Assembly (NCBI GenBank): GCA_964441745.1
Contig: CAYTYR010000001.1
Coordinates: 1 to 64,000 of the forward strand
From: an uncultured Clostridia bacterium
GTDB lineage: Bacteria > CAYTYR01 > UBA6262
Reading direction: 5' to 3'
Length of the DNA stretch: 64,000 nt
Shown: piece by piece, positions 56,834-64,000 of the stretch
Layout: each line of letters starts with the position of its first letter
Position numbering within the stretch: the stretch's first letter is position 1
Notes under the pieces: model-generated
The model's input: the letters and a program-made list of their open reading frames with translations, nothing else
The model's database searches: none
Told to the model about the DNA's origin: nothing
Program-made: the position numbers and the translations under genes

Positions 56834-58132
56834 ATGTTAGATACCATTCTTCCAGAATTCCAACAATTCCTTATAGACAAAGACTTTGCCTCTCAAAAAC
56901 ACGCGCCTTTTTATGCCCGCTGGGTAAGCAAGTTTATCTCTTTTTCCAATACAGCTAACGAACTTGACCCCGAAAAAAGAATCGAGATTTTTATCACTCA
57001 TTTGTTAAAAAACTTTAATACCCCAGATTGGCAGATTGATCAAGCTCGCAATGCTTTAAAACTCTATCTTTACCATTTTAACGGAAATGACCTTTCAAAA
57101 GTATCTGCTGACAAAAAAGAGTTTAATCCGGTTCAAGATTATCCGGAAATAGAGCGGTCTTTACGCAGCTCTATGAGACTAAAGCATTATTCATATTAAA
57201 CCGAGCGGTCTTATATTGGCTGGGCTAAAAGATTTTTTGATTACACAGCCAAAGTAAAGGGAAATAATTTCAATCATAAAACTCTATCTTCATCTGAGGT
57301 CAGAGATTTCCTGAGCAATTTAGCGATAAAACAGAGAGTCTCTTCTTCTACTCAAAATCAGGCCTTTAATGCTTTGCTCTTTTTATTCAGAGATGTGCTT
57401 AAAATCGAGCTTTATGATTTAAAACAAACCGTGCGGGCCAAGCGCGGGCAAAAACTGCCGGTAGTCCTGTCTCACGAAGAAGTGGCGCAGATATTTGAAC
57501 ATACTGCCGGGAAAGACCTGCTTCTTTTACAGTTGCTTTACGGAACAGGTATGCGGCTGATGGAACTGGCGCGTTTGAGAGTGCAGGACATAGATTTTAG
57601 TTCAAATCTGGTATTTATACGCAGCAGCAAAGGAGACAAAGACCGGACAACTATTCTTCCTGAAGTTGTTAAAAACAGCCTAAGAGAACATCTACAGGAA
57701 GTAAAAATCCGGCATGAAAAAGACTTGCGCGATGGTTATGGGGAAGTCTGGCTGCCTTTCGCTCTGGGAAGGAAATATCCCAACGCTGCTAAGGAATTTG
57801 GCTGGCAATATGCTTTCCCTTCAGCGAAGCTTTCTATTGATCCGGTCTGCGGCAAAATACGTCGTTTTCATATCAGCGAAAAAACCATTCAGGTGGCCAT
57901 GGCTGAAGCAGTTAAAAAAGCAAACATAATCAAACATGCTACGGTACATTCCTTAAGACACAGCTTCGCCACGCATCTATTGATGGCCGGGGTTAATATA
58001 CGCCATATTCAGGAACTGTTAGGGCACAGCCATGTGGAAACTACTATGATTTATACCCATGTGATACGCAATATTTCTAACATCCCTCAAAGTCCTCTCG
58101 ACAAACTCTATACAGAAGCAAATCTTCAGTAG
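56834..58132 (+). pseudogene. intI: Integron integrase interrupted by one in-frame TAA (57197-57199)
   Basis: HYSY*TERSYIGW...STQNQAFNALLFLFR; GMRLME, KGDKDR, IntI insertion (LPFALGRKYPNA..WQY.FPS), HSLRHSFATH, LGH, TMIYTH. Confidence 0.93.
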
Positions 58133-58153
58133 GTCAAATACTATTAAAAGCTT

Positions 58154-58543
58154 TTAAGATAATTTAAAAGGACTACTTAATAACTTATTCATGGTAAGGA
58201 TTTTTCGTTTCCCCTTATTATTTATCAAAATTATCTTCAGCGCAGGATTGAACTCAGCTATCACTTGGCGGCAGGCGCCGCAGGGAGAAGTCAGACCTTC
58301 GGTCGGGGTAAAAATAACCAGGATCTTGAATTTAGTTTCCCCGCTGCTCACCGCTTTCACCACCGCCACCTGTTCTGCGCAAATACTCAATCCATAAGCT
58401 GAATTTTCCACATTACAGCCAGAAAATATCTTTCCATTGGAAGTCAGCAGGGCAGCTCCGACTTTAAATTTGGAATATGGAGCATACGCTTTTTCCATTG
58501 CCGTTTTAGCCGATTGTACCAGTTCTTGAATCTCTTTTTCCAT
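58154..58543 (-). CDS. cdd: Cytidine deaminase
   Basis: AYAPYSKF, NVEN, CAE, PCGACRQ. Confidence 0.95.
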   Translation of the reverse strand: MEKEIQELVQSAKTAMEKAYAPYSKFKVGAALLTSNGKIFSGCNVENSAYGLSICAEQVAVVKAVSSGETKFKILVIFTPTEGLTSPCGACRQVIAEFNPALKIILINNKGKRKILTMNKLLSSPFKLS

Positions 58544-59457
58544 TAAAGCGTCTCCTCGAAATGAGATAATCGTTTAAATTCTGTGAAGCGACGTTCAATT
58601 TCCTCGTACTGCAGTCTTTTAAACCGATTCAAGCTAAAATCTTCCACATTAAAAGACGCCATTACACTGCCAACGATAGTCGCCTGGCGAAAATACTTTT
58701 CCGAGAGTTCCCCTTTTTTAGCAAGATAGCCCATAAAGCCACCGGCAAAACTGTCGCCAGCGCCGGTCGGATCATTCACCTCTTCTAAGGGAAATCCAGG
58801 AGCGCTGAAAACAGCCCCCTGGCTAAACATGAGCGCTCCATATTCACCTTGTTTGACAATCACATGCTTAGCGCCCCAGGAGAATATTTTCTTTGACGCT
58901 TTGACCAGATTTAGTTCCTGGGTTAACTGCCGTATTTCAGCCTCATTAATGAAAAGAAGATCTACTTTAGCGATCACTTTCTGCAAGGCGTCAACTTTTT
59001 TCTCGATCCAGTAATTCATAGTATCGCCAGCGATGAATTTAGGATGCTTAACCTGCTTCAGTACTTCTAACTGTAATTCCGGATCAATGTTAGCTAGCAG
59101 GACAAAAGGCGCATCCTGATATTCCGGTGGCAAAACCGGCTTGAATTGCGCAAATACATTCAGCTGAGTATCCAGGGTCTGGGCGGTATTCAGATCATAG
59201 CTGTATTTGCCTTTCCAGCGGAATGTTTTTCCAGGAGTAATAATCAAGCCCTTAGTATCTATCTTTCGGCTTTGCAGATAGGTAATTTCTTTTTCAGGAA
59301 AATCAGACCCAACGACTGCTACCAGATTTACCGGGCTGAAAAAACTGGCGGCAACGCTAAAATAGGCAGCTGAACCACCTAAGACATCATTTACTTTCCC
59401 AAAGGGGGTTTCGACTGTATCCAAACCCATTGACCCGACCACAAGTATCTTATTCAA
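58543..59457 (-). CDS. PfkB family carbohydrate/nucleoside kinase
   Basis: GGSA, DPTGAGDSFAGG. Confidence 0.92.
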   Translation of the reverse strand: MNKILVVGSMGLDTVETPFGKVNDVLGGSAAYFSVAASFFSPVNLVAVVGSDFPEKEITYLQSRKIDTKGLIITPGKTFRWKGKYSYDLNTAQTLDTQLNVFAQFKPVLPPEYQDAPFVLLANIDPELQLEVLKQVKHPKFIAGDTMNYWIEKKVDALQKVIAKVDLLFINEAEIRQLTQELNLVKASKKIFSWGAKHVIVKQGEYGALMFSQGAVFSAPGFPLEEVNDPTGAGDSFAGGFMGYLAKKGELSEKYFRQATIVGSVMASFNVEDFSLNRFKRLQYEEIERRFTEFKRLSHFEETL

Positions 59458-59512
59458 CTAAACCTCCAAAAATAGATCCTATAAAAACCAGACCCGCGAC
59501 TCGGGACTGTAT

Positions 59513-60376
59513 TTATTTAATATATTTACCTATAATAACCTGCAAATCTTTTTTAGTTTTAACAGGGATCTTTTCCCTGGTAGTCATGATCGCGTCAGCC
59601 AAAGCCCGGTCGCAATGGCAATCTGACTTAATTGGGAGTTTGGTCATTAATTCCTTGATGATCGTCTTAGCTTTAGAAACATTGCCTAGCAAAACTTTAA
59701 CCACCCCATCGCCGCTTACCGCTGCTTCGGAAGTATGCCAAACATCATAGTCTGTGATCAGAGCCAGGGTACAGTAACAAATTTCTGCTTCCCTGGCCAG
59801 CTTGGCTTCAGTAACATTGGTCATGCCAATGACATCAACTCCCCATCTTCTATATATTTCACTTTCACTCTTGGTGGAAAACTGCGGCCCTTCGATACAA
59901 ATGTAGTTTCCGCCGCGATGAATACGGAATCCTAATTTTTGGCCGATCGCGTATACCGCACCGCTTAGAACCGGACAAACCGGGTTAGCCATGCCCACAT
60001 GCGCCACCAATCCTTTACCAAAAAAAGTAGATTTTCTCTGGTTCGTACGATCAAAAAACTGGTCTACGACCATTAGGTCTCCGGGAACCAGGTCTTCACG
60101 CATACTGCCTACCGCGCTTACTGACAGTATCTTTTCCACCCCTAATTTCTTGAAACCAAAAATATTGGCCCGGTAATTTATCTCCGAAGGGGTTATCCTG
60201 TGCCCACGGGCATGCCGGGGCAGGAAAGCTATTCTCTTACCATTAAGATCGCCGATCATATATTGATCGCTTGGCTGGCCAAAAGGTGTGGTTATAGTCT
60301 TGGCTTTTAGATTCTTGATCCCTTCAATATCGTATAAGCCGCTGCCGCCGATAATACCTAATTCGATTTTATCCAT
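59513..60376 (-). CDS. mtnP: S-methyl-5'-thioadenosine phosphorylase
   Basis: GIIGGSG, TPFG.PSD, EGPQFST, GMT, TDYD. Confidence 0.92.
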   Translation of the reverse strand: MDKIELGIIGGSGLYDIEGIKNLKAKTITTPFGQPSDQYMIGDLNGKRIAFLPRHARGHRITPSEINYRANIFGFKKLGVEKILSVSAVGSMREDLVPGDLMVVDQFFDRTNQRKSTFFGKGLVAHVGMANPVCPVLSGAVYAIGQKLGFRIHRGGNYICIEGPQFSTKSESEIYRRWGVDVIGMTNVTEAKLAREAEICYCTLALITDYDVWHTSEAAVSGDGVVKVLLGNVSKAKTIIKELMTKLPIKSDCHCDRALADAIMTTREKIPVKTKKDLQVIIGKYIK

Positions 60377-60455
60377 TATTGCTCCTCTCAGTTAGATACG
60401 ATTACCCCCCCCCTAGTTCTGCAAAAGCATAACTAGCAGGGGGGACAGGCACAGA

Positions 60456-62867
60456 TTATATCCTTCTAGAAAACTTACTAAACAATAGTACCAGGAAGAT
60501 GATCAGGGAAAAAGCGCTTAACCCTAGCCCCAAGAGCAGAGAACGCGGCCGGTAATTGAATACTACTTCATGTTCACCAGCGGGAATAGACAGCTTACTA
60601 AATGTTCCTTCTTCACGTTCCATTAAAGCCGGGATCCCATCAATAGAAGCTGCCCAGCCAGGATAGTACATTTCTTTCAATACCAGTTTGTCCGGAACAG
60701 GCAGATCTGTATAAATTTTAATTTTGCCATTATAATAATAAGCAATGATCGGCCGGGATTGCTTATTCTGTTGATAATAAGCTCGTTCCTGAAAATAGGC
60801 ATTCTCATACATATACATCTGGGCGCCATGAAAAACCTGTTTTAAGTATGATGATTTTTGTTCTTTAGAGGTAATGATATACTTAACATTTTTCTGCCCT
60901 AGCCAAGGCAAAGCCAGAGGAAGATCCAATTGTTCAATCTCCTTCAGCTGCTGATTAGTTGTTTTAATTTCCACCGGGGCATAACCGCTGACTTCGTCGA
61001 TATCCCACAACATATTCATGTCCGGGCTAAAGCCTTGACCCTGGTTTTTATAATTATATACCCTAAAATAATCCGGATCCTTTTTTAGTATATTAAGCAG
61101 CCGGTATGAAGGCATCAATTGTTTCTTTTCAGTAGCCAGATTATAACCTAAACTATAATTGAAAAGATCACACATGATCATGCCCAGCAACGCCACTTGA
61201 AAAGATTTTGATTTGAGCTCTCCCTGTAAGAATCCTTTAATGATCCAATAAACCAGGAAGAGAATGATCAGCTGGACATAGACATGGAGATTGATTAAAT
61301 TCAGGGAATATTGCAAGCCGCCGATTAACTGGTCAGCCCAGCTGGCCAGCTGATGGAAAGGAAGGCGGCTGAAGTGACCGGCTATTGATACCAGCCGTTC
61401 TTTGCCGATCAAAATCAAGCAATATCCCAAACCAAAGGCCAGCAACATAAAAGAACCGATCAAGACATATATTCTTTTTAGGACCAGGCTGAAACGTTCT
61501 TTTTTTAACAATATGATCTTTAATCCAAACCCCGCCAGTATCGCCAGACTAAAACTGACCAGCAACAGGGATCCGTAGATGCCGGCCGGATGATGGCCAA
61601 AAGAAAATACCAGGGCTGAGGCAAATATAAAAATAAAAAAGTTCAGATGCCTGGTCAAACGGAACATAATTGCTACCAGAGCCAGGACTAAAGGGGCAAT
61701 CCCGATATAACACGCTAAATCCCAATAATTAGCCAAACCATAATAATATGGGTTGGCGGCAGGACTTTGCCAGCCAAAATAATTAGGAAAAATATAGGTA
61801 ATAAGATTCCGCACCGGGAAAAAAGCAGCACCGTAATTATAGTTGGCGGAGCGTACCCCATTCATTAGCAATTCACGATAGGGCACTAATTGTATCCCAG
61901 CTAAAGATAGGCCCAAAAGAACCAAAGCTGTAAAATAAACAGCTTCCGAACGGGGCAGCTTCTCCCTGGACCAAAACCAGGCAAAATAAGCCGTATATAC
62001 AATTATGGAACATAATACTATGTGCTGGTTACCAGCCAGTGTCTGGAGAGCCACTACTAAACTGAACCAGAGCAAGAATGAGCGGTTTCGGTCTTGGATA
62101 TACCTTTCCAGGAAATAAAATCCCAACGGCAGCCAGGTAGCGGTAAAAATAATGCTAACATGCATTAAATTAGCAATTAAAAATCCGCCAAAAGTATAAA
62201 CCAAACTGGCGACTAACCCAGCGCTTTCTTCCAAACCCAAAGCGCGGGCATAAAGATAGGTAAAAAACCCGGTCAGCAGAAAATGGGAAATAAGCAAGAA
62301 CGTGAGAGCGTATTCCGGAGCGAAGAAAATATGGGCCAGGAAATTAAAAGGATAAAAAATACCCAATTGCCCTGAAGCAAAAAGCGGGAACCCGCAGTAA
62401 ATCTGAGATGCCCACAGCGGCAAGTGTTTAAGCTGCCAGGCTTCGGCCATGATGGCATGCCCGGGAAGATAATAACGGGAAATCTCGCCAAAGACAAAAA
62501 TATGATTGTTAACCAGATTATTAAAGAATACCATGAACCAAAAAAAACAGAGACTGAGTAATGTTATTAACGCCGGAGAAAAAAGGATCGATTTAAGAGA
62601 AGCGCTCCGCACTTCCCCTGCTATTTTCTTTTTATGCTGCTCAAAATGCATATGCGCTTCCGGGTATCGTTTTTTTAGTTTATCAAACAGCTTCTTGGCC
62701 CAGCTATTCTCCTTCGCCAACAAAAATAAACCAATCAGCAAAAAAAGGATCCCTTGCAAAACAGGCAAAAACAAACCTGTTATTCCCAGAAAAACAAAAA
62801 TCCAGCCGGCAATATTAAATAAAAACTTGCGGTATTGTGTACTCATTATCGTCATAGTATATTTCAA
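60456..62867 (-). CDS. YfhO-family (GT-C-like) polytopic membrane protein with an N-terminal PGPGW/DUF454-like extension
   Basis: LPLW...GFPL, FYP, YYPGW...G.HEV.F.Y.P; N-terminal GLFLPVLQG. Confidence 0.75.
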   Translation of the reverse strand: MKYTMTIMSTQYRKFLFNIAGWIFVFLGITGLFLPVLQGILFLLIGLFLLAKENSWAKKLFDKLKKRYPEAHMHFEQHKKKIAGEVRSASLKSILFSPALITLLSLCFFWFMVFFNNLVNNHIFVFGEISRYYLPGHAIMAEAWQLKHLPLWASQIYCGFPLFASGQLGIFYPFNFLAHIFFAPEYALTFLLISHFLLTGFFTYLYARALGLEESAGLVASLVYTFGGFLIANLMHVSIIFTATWLPLGFYFLERYIQDRNRSFLLWFSLVVALQTLAGNQHIVLCSIIVYTAYFAWFWSREKLPRSEAVYFTALVLLGLSLAGIQLVPYRELLMNGVRSANYNYGAAFFPVRNLITYIFPNYFGWQSPAANPYYYGLANYWDLACYIGIAPLVLALVAIMFRLTRHLNFFIFIFASALVFSFGHHPAGIYGSLLLVSFSLAILAGFGLKIILLKKERFSLVLKRIYVLIGSFMLLAFGLGYCLILIGKERLVSIAGHFSRLPFHQLASWADQLIGGLQYSLNLINLHVYVQLIILFLVYWIIKGFLQGELKSKSFQVALLGMIMCDLFNYSLGYNLATEKKQLMPSYRLLNILKKDPDYFRVYNYKNQGQGFSPDMNMLWDIDEVSGYAPVEIKTTNQQLKEIEQLDLPLALPWLGQKNVKYIITSKEQKSSYLKQVFHGAQMYMYENAYFQERAYYQQNKQSRPIIAYYYNGKIKIYTDLPVPDKLVLKEMYYPGWAASIDGIPALMEREEGTFSKLSIPAGEHEVVFNYRPRSLLLGLGLSAFSLIIFLVLLFSKFSRRI

Positions 62868-64000
62868 TCAAATTTGAAATTGCGTTTGGTAAATACAGTG
62901 AGACAGGCCTCGACCACAGCAGGGTCATACAGCGTACCTGAATGTTGTTTTAACTCGTCTAAGGCCTTTTGGATACCCAATGAAGAGCGGTAGGGACGGT
63001 GCGAACACATCGCTTCGGTGACATCAGCAACAGCCATGATCCTGGCTTCTTTAATAATGCTTTCCCCATTCAATCCTTTGGGATAACCAGTACCATTCAG
63101 CCGTTCATGGTGCTGCAAGATCACCTGCGCCACCGGCCAGGGAAATTCCAGTTCTTTCATGATCTCGTATCCGACTTCCGGATGTGTTTTGACAATACTA
63201 TATTCAAATTCATTTAACCGGCTGGGTTTAGACAGGATCTCTGCCGGCACTACGATTTTGCCAATATCATGCAGGAAAGCGGTTACTCTGATCCCGGCGA
63301 CATCATTTTTCGACAAGCCCATTTCCTCAGCAATAGCGCAAGCCAGCTTGGCTACCCTTTTTTCATGGCCGGCAGTATACGGATCTCTCTTTTCTAAAGC
63401 TGCGGCCAAGGCATTGGCCGTACCCTCTAACGTACGCTGTAATTTACTATAACTTTCCAGCAGGTTCTCTTCAATAATTTTTTGCTGGGTGATATCCTGG
63501 ATAATGCCAACAATAAATTTTTCCCCTTTTTTATCCGTATATAATGTTTTTTTAGTCAGGATAATATGGACGGCGCCGGCAGCATCGGTAAACTGTTCTT
63601 CGTTGCTGTCTTCCTTAACTTCATTAAAGACTACCTCATCCCTGGCCCAAAACACTTGCGCCTGGTCTTTCGGGAAAAAATCAAAATCAGATTTACCAAT
63701 AAGGTCTTCCCTTTTATATCCCATAAAGCGGCAATAGGCATCATTAAGCAGGGTCCACTTATGATTACGGTCCTTGACAAAAATAGGATCAGCGACCGCA
63801 TTCATGACTTTACTCAGGTATTCCTGGTTTTCTTTCAGGGATTGCTCAGTAGAGAAATCAAGTGTCGTATCACGGATTATGACCATTACCTGATTATCCA
63901 GAAAAGGCAAAAGCCAGGCCTCAAAATAATGATTATTGCCGGAGATAGTCAGCAGATATTTGATCGGGACTTTTTGTTTAGTCCTATTTACTTGTTGCAG
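62864..64000 (-). CDS. PAS + HD-GYP domain phosphodiesterase (5'-partial, frame open to the window end)
   Basis: DPYTAGH, LHDIGK, HHERLNGTGYP; PAS DPIFVKD...NDAYC. Confidence 0.9.
   Translation of the reverse strand: MQQVNRTKQKVPIKYLLTISGNNHYFEAWLLPFLDNQVMVIIRDTTLDFSTEQSLKENQEYLSKVMNAVADPIFVKDRNHKWTLLNDAYCRFMGYKREDLIGKSDFDFFPKDQAQVFWARDEVVFNEVKEDSNEEQFTDAAGAVHIILTKKTLYTDKKGEKFIVGIIQDITQQKIIEENLLESYSKLQRTLEGTANALAAALEKRDPYTAGHEKRVAKLACAIAEEMGLSKNDVAGIRVTAFLHDIGKIVVPAEILSKPSRLNEFEYSIVKTHPEVGYEIMKELEFPWPVAQVILQHHERLNGTGYPKGLNGESIIKEARIMAVADVTEAMCSHRPYRSSLGIQKALDELKQHSGTLYDPAVVEACLTVFTKRNFKFD

Larger units (their letters stand above)
52430..58132. mobile_element. Chromosomal integron: intI (nonsense-inactivated), Pc/attI region and minus-strand cassette array
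   Basis: Integron-specific integrase divergent from AT-rich co-oriented ORFs separated by attC sites. Confidence 0.92.

Noticed and set aside
42968-57199. TAA recoding suggested by in-frame TAA in both tolC and intI
   Set aside because: TAA terminates many intact genes in this window; independent nonsense mutations or sequence errors are simpler.
60439-60457. GGGGACAGGCACAGA as another copy of the array site
   Set aside because: It is explained by the mini-hairpin end joined to an ACAGATT box, lacks the AAC and TGA-N3-TGA parts, and lies among housekeeping genes.
1-64000. tRNA, rRNA, prophage or reverse-transcriptase genes
   Set aside because: None recognised by eye; tRNAscan-SE and Infernal would be needed to exclude small RNAs.

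Overview
A 64 kb chromosomal segment from a diderm bacterium (TolC, PilQ); the lineage cannot be assigned from the sequence alone. Most of it is minus-strand housekeeping DNA. It carries branched-chain and aspartate-family amino-acid genes (leuC, leuA, pssA, psd, ilvC/N/B/D, cimA, lysC, an apgM-like gene, thrC, hom), lipA-lpdA, hup, argS-rsfS-LCP-nadD-proA, an ECF sigma/anti-sigma/MacAB-TolC cluster, pilP-like/pilQ/rhomboid, KdpDE-like/KtrB and nucleoside salvage genes. There are two AT-rich accessory arrays. (1) 52.4-58.1 kb is a chromosomal integron. Its intI is broken by one in-frame TAA. It has four clear attC sites plus degenerate ones, TA and HNH cassettes, and a 532-bp IS200-type relic with precisely definable ends. 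(2) 1-4 kb, directly downstream of leuC, is an array of TA-like and restriction-like genes. It has no attC sites and is instead punctuated by a co-oriented ~26-29-bp site (minus strand AACGGGGTCRG-N4-TGMA-N3-TGA). The site appears as tandem doubles, anchors an exact 156-bp duplication, and abuts truncated gene starts. This looks like a second, non-integron cassette-capture system and is the best candidate for something undescribed; its enzyme is not visible in the window. Housekeeping gene junctions are also colonised by several nested families of structured repeats: inverted heptamer arrays, paired GATTACRCRGATT boxes, GC-rich mini-hairpins and long rod-like hairpins with a conserved foot. 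Some of these lie in-frame inside argS. All product calls come from motif recognition, not database searches.
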